Part shown: one piece after another, positions 50,801 through 60,920 of the stretch | How positions within the stretch are numbered: position 1 is the stretch's first letter | Layout: each line of letters starts with the position of its first letter | Assembly: GCA_964016885.1 (NCBI GenBank) | Contig: OZ024749.1 | Span: 28,210,001 to 28,274,000 of the forward strand | DNA: 64,000 bases | Direction of reading: 5' to 3' | From: Eledone cirrhosa | Taxonomy: Eukaryota | Made by a program: the position numbers and the translations under genes | Notes under the pieces: model-generated | What the model saw: the letters and a program-made list of their open reading frames with translations, nothing else | What the model was told of the DNA's origin: nothing | Databases searched by the model: none

Positions 50801-53800
50801 ACACTGTATCCCTGTGTATATCTAGTTTACAACAGGTGCACTGTATCCCTGTGTGTATCTGGTTTACAACAGGTACACTGTATCCCTGTGTATATCTAGT
50901 TTACAACAGGTACACTGTATCCATGTGTATATCTGGTTTACAATAACTACACCGTGTCCCTGTGTGTATCTGGTTTACAATAGGTACACTGTATCCCTGT
51001 GTATATCTGGTTTACAATAGGTACACTGTATCCCTGTGTATATCTGGTTTACAATAGGTACACTGTATCCCTGTGTATATCTGGTTTACAATAGGTACAC
51101 TGTATCCCTGTGTATATCTGGTTTACAATAGGTACACTGTATCCTTGTGTATATTTGCTTTACAATAGGTATACTACATCCCTGCATGCATCTGGTTTAG
51201 GACAGGTACACTGTATCCCTGTGTATATCTGGTTTACAATAGGTACACTGTATCCTTGTGTGTATTTGCTTTACAATAGGTACACTGTATCCTTGTGTAT
51301 ATTTGCTTTACAATAGGTACACTGTATCCTTGTGTATATTTGCTTTACAATAGGTACACTGTATCCTTGTGTATATTTGCTTTACAATAGGTACACTGCA
51401 TCCCTGCGTGCATCTGGTTTAGGACAGGTACACTGTATCCCTGTGTGTATCTGTTCATGAGCAAAGACACTATATACATTTGAATTAGATATTTAGATAT
51501 TTTCTGATAATTACAGGATGTTATGAGATAATACAGCAAATTTTCACAAAAATCTGTGCAACCAGTAAAGAAACTACAACCATTTGAATTAAGAAACTCA
51601 CTTTTAGATACTTTGTGATAAACCATTACAGGATGTTAAGAGATAATAAAAAGTAAAAAAGCCCAACTTACACGAAAGTTCTATTTCTTGGTCATCAATA
51701 CCATCACTTGACTCAGAACTATCTGAAATATACCAAACTCAAGTATGAACAGCAGACCTACATGTGAGAGACATTACACGCAACATGCCTACATGTGAGA
51801 GACATTACACACAACAGACCTACATGTGAGCGACATTACACACAACAGGCCTACATGTGAGTGACATTACACACAACAGGCCTACATGTGAGTGACATTA
51901 CACACAACAGGCCTACATGTGAGTGACATTACACACAACAGGCCTACATGTGAGTGACATTACACACAACAGGCCTACATGTGAGAGACATTACATACAA
52001 CAGGCCTACATGTGAGAGACATTACACACAACAGGCCTACATGTGAGTGACATAACATACAACAGACCTACATGTGAGTGACATTACATACAACAGGCCT
52101 ACATGTGAGTGACTACATTACACCAGACCTACATGTGAGTGACAATGCATACAACAGACCTATATGCTACATGGGAATGACATTACATAGAACAGCTCAA
52201 TGACATGGAAGGTTAATGTTACATGTAGTTTTATCAACATTAAAGAAAGTATAAATACAAAAACCATATACAACACTCACTGTAAAGTAGAGAGTGAGGG
52301 AGAGAGAGTGATAGAAAGAGGGAGAGAGAGTGATAGAAAGAGGGAGAGAGAGTGATAGAAAGAGAGATAGAGAGTGAGAGCCAACAGATATTGTCAATGA
52401 CAACAATGATGACAATAATGATGATGACAATGACAGACATTGTCAATGATAATGAGGACAAGTTAATCAAAAACAAGACAAAAGATAATAGAGAACAAAG
52501 AAACTTACTGTCTGTTCTTCCATCACTGAAAGCCGGCCTCTCACGGGCTTTCTGAGAAGAAATAACAAAATTACAGATATCAACACAACATAACACCATA
52601 ATGAAAGCAATCAGAAATAAAGATATATTTACTAAATGTTTCTTGAAACGATTTCTTCCTGACTAAAACAGATTCAATGGAGCGGTGCAGTGCTGTGGCA
52701 CATTCCTATATTTATATGGAGCTAGGAAACAACACATCATTCTCGGACCAGGCGATGTGTTGTTTCCTTGAGCAAGACACTTTATTTCACATTGCTCCAG
52801 TTTACTCAGCTGTAGAAATGAGATGATAGGGACTGGGGTCCCTATCATTCCACTGCAAAGTGGTCGTGGAGTTACCACGGAAAAAAAGCACCCAGCACTC
52901 ACTGTAAATGAGGTTGGTGTTAGGAAGGGCATCCAGCTGTAGAAATCAAGCCAGAATCAGTTCCCGTCCCACCCTTGCAAGCAAGGAAAAGCGGACGTAA
53001 AATGATGATGATGATGATGATGATGATTCTATGAACAGCTAGAGTAGTTTTATCATGTTAACATACTGGTGATGGAATTTCTGTTTGAAATGTAGATATT
53101 TGTGTGGATATACAGTATAGTGACCACTGCAGGTAGTTGACATAACTTTTGATAATTTGAGCTACAGATACAATACATCTACAGATGTTACATGTCTACA
53201 GATACAACACATGACCAACCCTGAAGATGAAGAGCCAACAACAGGTGGTCTGCAGCCTGCAAGTGGGTCATACTTCCACGATACAAAACTTTGCTTTAAA
53301 ATATTCATATTTATCTAAAAACCACACATCATAAAATTTTATATAAAAAGCTTTGTTAAGTTATATTCCAAACACCAGCTTAATGTGAAAGATGTTTTTA
53401 CTAAAACCTTCGAATTTTGTTTATTATTTTAAAAATCATTTGAAAATCCTAGATAATGTCTTTCATTAAAAATATGGCAATGAAAGGTTTAAAGTTATGT
53501 TCCAAACACCAGCTTAATAATGAGAGAGTTATTTTACTAAATCCTTCCAAATTATTGATGATGTTCAAAATCATTGAAAATCCTAGACAGTAATGTCTTT
53601 CATTAGAAATATGATAATGAAAATGTCAACAAAATGTCCAATGCACTCCCTCTGCTCTAGCACACTTCAACTAATACTTACCTCTCTCATTCTTTCATTA
53701 CGCCGTATTCGAATTCTCTGCTTGAGGTGTTGTATTTCTTCATCAGAGTCACCTTCCTCGTTGTCGGAAATACGCCGTGGTGATATCACATGCTTCCATT

Positions 53801-56800
53801 TCATTTGTTCAATGGCAGATATCAAGATTTCTGAGATGCTAAAGTGAGCATTCTCCTGCAACACAGGATATGGACAGGATATGAACTATATGACCTTTTA
53901 ACTTCACCAAACTTCAATGCCAAAATTCAACAACAACAACATTGGCACAAGTCCACCAATTTTTTTTTTGTCTGTGTGTGTGTGGAGGGAGTTAATTATA
54001 TCGACCCCAGTACTTGAGTGGTACAGAGGGATGAAAGGCAAAATTGACTTTAGTGAGATTTGAACTCAGAATAATGGTTTCTGATTTAGGCACAAGGCCA
54101 ACAATTTTAGGGGAGAGGAAAGTCAATTGACCCCAGTACATTACTGGTACTTTATTTTATCGACCTCATAAGGATAAAAGGCAAAGCTAACCATGGCAGA
54201 ATTTGAACTCAGAATGTAAAGGGACGTAACTATATACCACAGAGGATGTTGAATGACCCTCTACTGATACTCCCAATTCACTACCCTTAATAATTGTTTT
54301 TACTTTAGGCACAAGGCCAGCAATTACCCAGTACATTACTGGTACTTCATTTTATCGACCCAGTAAGGATGAAAGGCAAAGTTAACCTCGGCGGGATTTG
54401 AACTCAGACTGTAAAGGGACGTAACTATGATAGAAAGCATGGCGTCCAACCCTCTACCGATACTGCCAATTCACTACCCTTAATAATAGTTTCTAATTTA
54501 GGCATACATTTCATTTGGGATGTGGCTTAGTGGTTAGAGTGTTGGACTCCCAATCATAAGGTCAATCATAAGGTTCAATTCCTAGACTTGGCAACATGTT
54601 CTTGAGCAAGTTACTTTATTTAACAGTGCTCCTTCTGCCAGGAATTGAAACTGGAAAGACAAATGGAGACATTGTTGCCTTGGTTTAATCTGACAACTAA
54701 CTTCATTCTATTTTTAAAAATCGGAAACCATTATTGTTAGTTTTTTAAAATTAAAGTACAAGGCCAGCAATTTACAAGGAGGATGTATATGTAAAGGTGT
54801 GTACACCTGAGAGGGTATATATGTAAAAGTGTGAATACCTGAGAGGGTATATATGTAAAGGTGTGTATACCTAAGAGGGTACATATGTAAAGGTGTGTAT
54901 ACCTAAGAGGGTATATATGTAAAGGTGTGTACACCTGAGAGGGTATATATGTAAAAGTGTGTATACCTGAGAGGGTATATATGTCAAGGTGTGTACACCT
55001 GATGGGGGAATATATGTAAAGGTGTGTACACCTGAGAGGGTATATATGTAAAGGTGTGTATACAAGTGGGTATGTGTGTATATATATATATATATATAAA
55101 GGTGTATATACAAGAAGGATATATATGTAAAGGTGTGTATACAAGGAGGGTATATATATATATATATAAAGGTGTGTATACACGAGTGGGTATATATGTA
55201 AAGGTGTATATACAAGAAGGGTATATATGTAAAGGTGTGTATACAAAGAGGGTATATATGCAATCAAATATATACTTGTATACCTGAGAGGGTATATATG
55301 TAAAGGTGTGTATACAAGAAGGATATATATGTAAAGGTGTGTATACAAGAAGGATATATATGTAAAGGTGTGTATACAAGAAGGATATATATGTAAAGGT
55401 GTGTATACAAGGAGGGTATATATATATATATAAAGGTGTGTATACATGAGTGGATATATATGTAAATATGTGTATACACGTGAGGGTATATATGTAAAGG
55501 TGTGTCTACCCAGAGGATATATATGCAAACGTGTGTGTACCTGAGAGTGTATATATGTAAAGTTGTGTATACAAGAAAGAGTACATATGTAAAGGTGTGT
55601 ATAACTGTGGGAGTATATATGCATGAGGGGGTGTGTACTTGAGAGGGTGTGTGTACATGAGAGGGTGTGTGTACATGAGAGGGTGTGTGTACTTGAGAGG
55701 GTGTGTGTACTTGAGAGGGTGTGTGTGCAAGACAGTGCATAGATAATAGGATATGTGTAGAGAGGGTGGATGTAAATGAGAGAGTAAAAGTGGAAGATTT
55801 ACCCTGTCTAAGTTGGCACAGGTGTTGAAGTCTTGAGAGGTGAGGAAACTGATAAGAGATTGTCCAGGAACTGGATGGGTTAAGTTACCGTCATGACAAC
55901 ATATCGAATGTGGATTGGTGAACGTGGCTGAAACAAAGAGAAGCTTTGATTTTCACAAGTTTCACCATATATATATCATCATCCTCGTTTAATGTCCACT
56001 TTCCACGCTAGCATGGGTTAGACGGTACATGGCTCAGTGGTTAGAGCATTGGCCTTGCAATCGAAAGGTTGTGAGTTCAATTCTCAGACCGGGTGATGTG
56101 TTGTTTCCTTGAGCAAGACACTTTATTTCACATTGCTCCAGTTTACTCAGCTGTAGAAATGAGATGATAGGGACTGGGGTCCCTATCATTCCACTGCAAA
56201 GTGGTCGTGGAGCTGTCACGGCAAAAAAGCACCCAGCACTCACTGTAAATGGGGTTGGTGTTAGGAAGGGCATCCAGCTGTAGAAATCAAGCCAGAATCA
56301 GTTCCCGTCCCACCCTTGCAAGCAGGGAAAAAGTGGATGTAAAATGAAATGATGATGATGATGATATATATATATATATCATCGTTTTACGTCCGTTCTT
56401 CCACGCTAGCATGGGTTAGACAGGTTGTCCTGTTGTGAGCAGTGTCCAGTCGGCTGACCTTGTCTTGCTCATACAGGAATTGATTTTGGCTTGATTTCTA
56501 AAGCTGGATGCCCCCCCTAACACCAACCACTTTTACTGTGTGGGCTGGGTGCTTTTTTTGCTGTGGCACCTCCACGACCACTTTGCAGTGGGGGTGGAGG
56601 GGGGGGGGGCATATTGTCTATATACTTCAGCATCGGCTTGTTCCTGGGGGGGGGGGGGGTCGTCTGTATTACTGCATGACGCCAGAGGTCATGGTCGTGT
56701 GTCATTGCCCTTGAGAGGTGCAATTGGGTAAGGTTGGCCTTTATCACCTCATCCCAGGTCTTCTTGGGTCTCCCCACTCCATGGCTTCCATCGACTTCCA

Positions 56801-58529
56801 GTGTTCTGCACCTTTTTATGCAGCTGTCATCCTTCATATGCATCACATGTCCATACCAACGTAACCTCTCCTGCACACAGCATTTGATTCCTCTTATGCT
56901 CAGTCTCTCTCTCAATTCGTTTATACTTTGCCGTTCGCGTATATTACTATTACACATCCATCGGAGCATGCAAGCTTCGTTTGTTTCTAATCTCCGCAAG
57001 TCTACAGACAGCGCCCAAGTTTCTCTTCCATGTAACATTGCTGTTCGTATACACGCATCATACAGTCTGCCTTTCATTTTGAGGGAAAAGCCTTTTGCAG
57101 CTAGCAGTAGCTCTCTGAACTTCTTCCATCCTGTTCTTACCCTAGTTATTGTACTTTCCAAACACCCACCTCCTCTGCTAATTCGGTCACCTAGGTAGCA
57201 GAAGCTGTCTACTGTTTCTACAGAGCCCTCCCAGAGTTTGGTGGTGCTTGTTTCATGTGGTCGTTTGCTGCTTGCTGTCCCAGCACAGCTGCTACATATG
57301 AAGCCTACATTCTTAGTTAAACTTTCTGAGATCCCACTACATCTCTTGTGTACCCATTGTTTGCATTTGGGGCATAAGATGGAGTTCCTACCTACACTTT
57401 TCCTACATACTGAGCAAGGCCATTTCCCTGAGGGAATCTGGGTTCTGTTTTCTCGTCTACTTACAAGGACCTTAGTCTTTGTCAGGTTGACTTTGAGGCC
57501 CCTTCTTTCTAGTCCCTGCTTCCATGTTTGAAATTTCTTTAGTTCCACCATGATTCAGTTATAAGTGCGAGATCATCCGCATACAGGACTTCCCATGGGC
57601 ATCCGGTCTTAAGCTCCTCTGTTATTGCCTGCAAAACTATAATGAACAGATGAGGGCTAAGAACAGAGCCCTGGTGGACACCGACCTATATGCTAAATTC
57701 CTCGCTATATATATACGTATATATATATATATATATATATCAGTAGGCACCTCTTAACCAAATATACCCCCCCCCTGCCATCAACACCACCCCTTTCTCT
57801 GTTAAGTATGTTGGTAACACAACATCCAGTCCTAAATAAATGAAGTCGTGTAGGTGTCACGACAAAAAAAACACACAGTCCACGGTGTAATGTGGCCGTG
57901 TAGGTAACATGGTAAAAACCTCCCAGTCCACACTGCAAACGTGGTTGATGTTAGGAAGGGAATCCAGCCATAGAAAACCTGCCAGGCAGTCCTATACGAG
58001 CGAGGCGACCAATCTTGCTTCAAGTGGGACAATTCCCGTCTAAAACCATGTTAGCGTGGAAGATAGATGTTAAACGATGATGATGATGATGATATATATA
58101 TCGTCATCATCATCATCATCATCAATGTTTAACGTCCGTGTTCCACGCTTGCATGGGTTTGGACGGGGGTAGTCCCACTTGAGGCAAGAGTGATTGTCTT
58201 GCTCGCATAGGACTGTCTGGCAGGTTTTCTACAGTTGAATGCCCTTCCTAACACCAACCACATTTATGTTAAGTATTCTGTAAGGTTTGTCTAGTTTCTT
58301 GAAACCTTTGGTAATGGAATAATTATATTGTGTTATGTAATTATATATATGTATAAATATTATATAATATGTAGATCTCCATACATTGGTAGAATATAGA
58401 CAGCTTTATTATAAATAGAAATGACTTCTACATGACTAGAACTGTTTCATTCGTATGAAATCATCAGGACATTACTGATGATTTCATATGAATGAAACAG
58501 CTTTAGTCTCGTAGAAGTTATTTCTATAA

Positions 58530-58562
<33 letters not shown>

Positions 58563-60920
58563 ATGGTGTCACTGAAATACAAATAAACCAATAAACATGA
58601 TTTTGCAACAGCTGCCTTAGAATTTATTTTATATATGTGGGTGTGGGTGTGGATGCATGCTTATGTATGTTTTAAAGAGTTACAGACGGAGATATATACA
58701 AATATACAAACACATGTGGTGTATAATTATAGTTGATGCTACAGTTAAACCTTAAACAAGACACTCTACTCTACAATGTTTAGTTAATACACAAATTTAG
58801 AGGGAAATATATGAGGCAATGAATGATTTCCTTACCTGACTTTTTCAGTAGTTTATTGTCACTGTTTACAGAATATACACTGGGTTTCCTGCTATAGGGA
58901 GCATCTTTCTGTAAATCAAACAAGTCTTTCCTAATAAATGGTACATCAGACTGGCACCGTTTATGACTTATTTTATGTGGAGGGTTTCTGTTGAGTGTGG
59001 CTTGTTCAGGGTTGCCAGACTGGGTAGAAGTAGATGAGATAAGTTGTGGCATTCCTTGCTGGTTCTCAGACTTATTATTTACATTTTGTTGAGGAAGAGC
59101 CTCAGTCTTTCTTAGAGTTTCAGCAGGGAATAGACTTTCATCACAGGTACGTTCGTCTAGAGACATAGATTTGAATAAACCTCCTTTCGTTCTGTCAGCA
59201 GTCAGAGTAGTGGGATCAAAACTATCTTTCGCGAGGCCATCACAGATATCTTTGCTTTGTTGATTCAGTTGGGCAGTACTTCCTCCTAGACTTCTTCCGG
59301 TACTGTTGAACTCAAAGTTCAACAAGGGGTCTGAGTTAATACTGTCATAGAAACTAAAACTGTGTGGGGGTGATTCTGTAGGTGAGGCAGTCCCAGACCT
59401 GTCCAGGACATGTCTCATTGTATCTTTTGCTTTGTCTTTTATGCCTTCGTTGCTCGCTGAAACAATCAAAGTAAGGGAAAAGATTTTGTAAACAACTGCC
59501 TCTTTCTGTTGCATCTTTTATAAACATTTTACATCGACAGTGTCCCAGAATATTGAGAGGGGTGGGCTTTGATGGAGCCACAAATTCAAGTATTTTAATG
59601 AAGTATTAAAACAAATTTTTTATTTATGTATTAGTCCATTACTGTTTCATTTTTTTACAAATATTTTATATCTACAGTGTCCCACATTTATATTAAGGGG
59701 TGTGGATTTGTTGGTGTTACAAATTCAAGTATTGGCCCATTTCTGTTACATTTTTTTATAAACAGTTTACATCTACAGTGTCTCACATTTAAATTGAAAT
59801 TCAAGAATTTCAATGAAGAGTTAAATCAGATTTTCTACTTACGTATAGGTATGGCTTGCTCATGTGAAACACACAGCATTGCTCGAGCCCTTTTCGGGGA
59901 GGCATAAGGTGGTGATTTCTCAACCTTCGGTCTCTCCATCATTGAAAACTGGGGCCCTGGGATAGGATAGCTAGCACAAGTCTTGTGTTCAGGAGCTTTA
60001 CTTCTCAATGTCAGCTGAAGTATTCACACAAAAAAAAATGGTAAACAAAAATATTTTAAGGAAATCACAAATTTACTGGATCATCATCATTGTTTTAACG
60101 TCCACTTTTTCTGCTAGCAAGAGTTGGATGGGTCTACATAGACCAAGTCAGTATTAAAGCGGGGCTACTGACCTCTCAGACAGGCTGAGGTGGGGGCTGG
60201 GGGGGGGGGTCTGCATCTCTCATGTACAGTCTTATGTTATATCAAGTGCACAGGGGAGGTTGTCCTGTCTTTGACACAAATAAAAGGTTCTCCCAATCCT
60301 TTGTTTGGCAAGATTTCTATGGCTGGATACCTTTCCTGTCCCGCCATAGAAAGCCTGTCAAACAATTTAAGAATGAAAAGATGGTCTTTGCAGACAAAAT
60401 ATTGGATTTGTTGCTCTGAAGGATAGTGAGAGCAATTTACTGAAACAGCCACTTCAACTTGAGGGAGGTGGAGTTGTTCTTGCAGATGGCCACCACCATC
60501 CTAGTAAAAGGGATTAATTAGGAAGATAGTTTGGAACTTCACGAAAATCTTGAGCCAGAAACATCATTAATTTTTTATATTGCATAATTTTTTTAGATAT
60601 TTTAAAGTAATATCATTTGTGAGAAACCATACCAAAATATGGAATTTATGAGATAAGATGTAATTCAACAATCAGACAAGTCTCGAACTGTAACAACCCA
60701 TCTACCCAAGCTGGCATAGAAAATAGCCATAAAATAATGATGATGATGATGCAGATGATGATGATGACGAGGATGATGATGATGATGCTAATAGTAGCTT
60801 TTGCAGCACTTACAAGAGCAGGATCAATGTCTGCTAGTAGAGTCACTTTGTTGTGTTCAATGGCATTAAGGCAGATGAGAAGAGCTTGGACGTATTTAGG
60901 ATTACAGAGAAAGGCATCAG
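29875..60920 (-). CDS. RUBCN: Rubicon (RUN domain and cysteine-rich domain-containing Beclin-1-interacting protein) orthologue; 5'-incomplete, 19 exons in window
   Basis: 19 GT-AG exons with continuous phase, 2441 nt to TGA at 29875-29877; hallmark motifs [87 protein letters not shown]. Confidence 0.95.
30419..30754. mobile_element. Tc1/mariner (Tigger-like) MITE with TA target duplication
   Basis: ta-CAGTGGAACCTCAGTTCACGAA ... TTTGTGAACTTAGGTTCCACTG-ta. Confidence 0.85.
32735..33030. repeat. ~32-bp minisatellite (GATGCAACTGCAATAGACTAGTGCAGTRTA)
   Basis: About 9 degenerate copies. Confidence 0.8.
33250..33479. mobile_element. piggyBac-like MITE M1, single-unit copy
   Basis: ttaaCCCTTTCATTAC ... 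CAAAAGGttaa. Confidence 0.75.
34190..34443 (+). mobile_element. SINE-related element with LINE-type tail
   Basis: Reverse-complement homologue of 60082-60350; ends gatgttaaaacaatgacga. Confidence 0.65.
35400..36315. repeat. AT-rich degenerate minisatellite (ACTGTGTTTATAAAATATATTATGT...) with (TA)n
   Basis: Recurrent tactgtgtttataaaatata. Confidence 0.8.
36321..37139 (+). mobile_element. Internally deleted Tc1/mariner-superfamily (maT/DD37D-like) transposon with nested inserts
   Basis: TA-flanked TIRs cagggtgggtggaaagaaactccctatt / aatagggagtttccattccacccagactg; decayed DGAPPHF...FPGRW...WPARSCDL...GWMKEEVY; SINE A piece at 36940-37040. Confidence 0.85.
37187..37259 (-). CDS. RUBCN: RUBCN exon, RH domain ([23 protein letters not shown])
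   Basis: cag/gtaagt, 73 nt, phase 1-2. Confidence 0.95.
37335..37790. repeat. ~55-bp G-rich minisatellite (AACACTTTAGTATGGATGGTC...GGTTGGGGG)
   Basis: About 8 degenerate copies. Confidence 0.8.
37878..38975. repeat. 75-bp tandem array (~14.5 copies) derived from a SINE internal segment
   Basis: Period 75 (37881 to 37956); unit similar to 49340-49410. Confidence 0.95.
39330..39570 (+). mobile_element. SINE family B
   Basis: taagggcggcggattggcag ... aactttgcctttaatccttaaggggtcaataaaataaagcaccag. Confidence 0.8.
41242..41830. repeat. 19-bp tandem array (CCAGTGGAGCTACTGACCT, ~31 copies) inside a SINE-related element (41190-41870)
   Basis: Period 19; flanks match the single-copy element at 60082-60350. 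Confidence 0.95.
41885..42330. repeat. ~48-bp tandem array derived from SINE A segment
   Basis: Unit GGGGCTTTTTATTGTGGTACTAGCACTACCACTTTACAGGGTCGACTG resembles SINE A ctgggtgctttttttgccgtggcacctacacgaccactttacagtg. Confidence 0.85.
42386..42479 (-). CDS. RUBCN: RUBCN exon ([31 protein letters not shown])
   Basis: cag/gtaagt, 94 nt, phase 0-1. Confidence 0.95.
42640..42945. repeat. ~29-bp minisatellite (ATAAACAGGGATCAGCCAGCCCCTCT)
   Basis: About 11 copies. Confidence 0.85.
43131..43393. repeat. Long imperfect palindrome (~125-bp arms)
   Basis: agttaatgtaaagaatgatgtgctcatgtgcag...ccccttatcttc / gaagatatgggg...ctgcacatgagcacaccattctttacattaact. Confidence 0.88.
43467..43541 (-). CDS. RUBCN: RUBCN exon ([25 protein letters not shown])
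   Basis: cag/gtaagt, 75 nt, phase 0-0. Confidence 0.93.
43898..44315. repeat. 48-bp tandem array (~9 copies) from MITE M1 terminus
   Basis: Unit GCAGTGTCTTTCATTAGGAATATTTTAATGAAAGGGTTAATGACATAG; same register as 18986 array. Confidence 0.92.
45057..45135 (-). CDS. RUBCN: RUBCN exon ([26 protein letters not shown])
   Basis: cag/gtaaga, 79 nt, phase 2-0. Confidence 0.93.
45452..45755 (-). CDS. RUBCN: RUBCN exon, RH domain core ([20 protein letters not shown]...KICRHASI)
   Basis: tag/gtgagt, 304 nt, phase 1-2. Confidence 0.97.
46742..46806 (-). CDS. RUBCN: RUBCN exon ([21 protein letters not shown])
   Basis: cag/gtaaga, 65 nt, phase 2-1. Confidence 0.95.
46874..47089. mobile_element. piggyBac-like MITE M2
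   Basis: ttaaccctttaatattta ... taaatgctaaagagttaa; homologous to 6550-6762. Confidence 0.8.
47098..47522. mobile_element. MITE M3 with internal duplication
   Basis: ttaactcttaaagtcttgta ... tacaagatgttaagagttaa. Confidence 0.7.
47564..47637 (-). CDS. RUBCN: RUBCN exon ([24 protein letters not shown])
   Basis: cag/gtaagt, 74 nt, phase 0-2. Confidence 0.96.
47760..47920 (+). mobile_element. SINE family B
   Basis: gagttcaaatcctgccgaggtcaactttgcctttcatcc. Confidence 0.8.
48210..48275 (-). CDS. RUBCN: RUBCN exon ([22 protein letters not shown])
   Basis: tag/gtaagt, 66 nt, phase 0-0. Confidence 0.95.
48997..49144 (-). CDS. RUBCN: RUBCN exon ([49 protein letters not shown])
   Basis: cag/gtaagt, 148 nt, phase 2-0. 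Confidence 0.95.
49320..49595 (-). mobile_element. Older tRNA-derived SINE (family A head, different 3' part)
   Basis: Rev-comp ggaggcatgtggcctagagg...ttcaattcctgg...gttcttgagcaaaacacttcatttcacattgctccag. Confidence 0.8.
49734..49770 (-). CDS. RUBCN: RUBCN micro-exon ([12 protein letters not shown])
   Basis: cag/gtgaga, 37 nt; needed to bridge phase 1 to phase 2. Confidence 0.88.
50250..50324 (-). CDS. RUBCN: RUBCN exon ([24 protein letters not shown])
   Basis: cag/gtaaga, 75 nt, phase 1-1. Confidence 0.88.
50745..51452. repeat. 37-bp minisatellite (TTTACAATAGGTACACTGTATCCCTGTGTATATCTGG), ~19 copies
   Basis: Period 37 (50752 to 50789). Confidence 0.95.
51672..51722 (-). CDS. RUBCN: RUBCN micro-exon ([16 protein letters not shown])
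   Basis: cag/gtaagt, 51 nt, phase 1-1. Confidence 0.82.
51752..52190. repeat. 31-bp minisatellite (CCTACATGTGAGTGACATTACACACAACAGG), ~14 copies
   Basis: Period 31 (51757 to 51788). Confidence 0.93.
52509..52551 (-). CDS. RUBCN: RUBCN micro-exon ([14 protein letters not shown])
   Basis: cag/gtaagt, 43 nt, phase 0-1. Confidence 0.88.
52742..53027 (+). mobile_element. SINE family A, 5'-truncated
   Basis: Near-identical to 7460-7710; (ATG)n tail. Confidence 0.9.
53682..53855 (-). CDS. RUBCN: RUBCN exon, coiled-coil region ([20 protein letters not shown]...[22 protein letters not shown])
   Basis: cag/gtaagt, 174 nt, phase 0-0. Confidence 0.97.
53943..54500 (-). mobile_element. Three head-to-tail SINE family B copies
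   Basis: ggcacaagg/ggatgaaaggcaaa/atttgaactcaga blocks repeated three times. Confidence 0.85.
54778..55727. repeat. 32-bp minisatellite (GAGAGGGTATATATGTAAAGGTGTGTATACCT) grading into an 18-bp unit
   Basis: Period 32 (54809 to 54841). Confidence 0.92.
55803..55927 (-). CDS. RUBCN: RUBCN exon ([41 protein letters not shown])
   Basis: cag/gtaaat, 125 nt, phase 1-0; GQSLIS.L..QDF..CA.L motif. Confidence 0.95.
56027..56365 (+). mobile_element. Near full-length SINE family A
   Basis: A/B boxes, CORE-like block, (ATG)n tail. Confidence 0.92.
56378..56592 (-). mobile_element. SINE A-related 3' half, inverted relative to 56027 copy
   Basis: catcgttttacgtccg...ggcttgatttctaaagctggatg...gaccactttgcagtgg. 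Confidence 0.85.
56660..57703 (-). mobile_element. 5'-truncated RTE-clade LINE (reverse transcriptase pseudogene with PHD-like finger)
   Basis: [17 protein letters not shown]...[12 protein letters not shown], frameshift, [12 protein letters not shown]4HC3 finger, [24 protein letters not shown]. Confidence 0.93.
57840..58261. mobile_element. Two SINE 3' halves inserted tail-to-tail (+ then -)
   Basis: 57941-58090 is the imperfect reverse complement of 58103-58261, centred on gatatatatatc. Confidence 0.88.
58415..58527. repeat. 53-bp-stem palindrome with CTGATGA...GAAAC...GTC core
   Basis: atagaaatgacttctac...aaatcatcag gacatta ctgatgattt...gtagaagttatttctat. Confidence 0.9.
58836..59456 (-). 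CDS. RUBCN: RUBCN large exon, Ser-rich disordered region (SNEGIKDK...[10 protein letters not shown]...LLKKS)
   Basis: cag/gtaagg, 621 nt open, phase 1-1. Confidence 0.9.
59843..60014 (-). CDS. RUBCN: RUBCN exon ([19 protein letters not shown]...EQAIPI)
   Basis: cag/gtaagt, 172 nt, phase 0-1. Confidence 0.88.
60082..60350 (-). mobile_element. SINE-related element with (ATG)n tail
   Basis: catcatcattgttttaacgtccac...ttctatggctggata; homologous to 34190 and 41190 elements. Confidence 0.7.
60814..60920 (-). CDS. RUBCN: RUBCN exon, end of RUN domain ([35 protein letters not shown])
   Basis: cag/gtaagt, 107 nt, phase 1-0; resembles recalled vertebrate Rubicon ...LQCLEAVEQNNPRLLAQID. Confidence 0.93.

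Noticed and set aside
54737-55740. His/Tyr/Thr-rich ORFs
   Set aside because: Translations of the 32-bp minisatellite
56590-56660. G-tracts as a functional G-quadruplex
   Set aside because: Homopolymer runs at a SINE/LINE junction with no evidence of function
29875-60920. Alternative identity as Pacer/RUBCNL, PLEKHM1 or DEF8
   Set aside because: RUN-domain end plus ENAHFSISE coiled coil plus RH domain, with no PH domains, fits Rubicon
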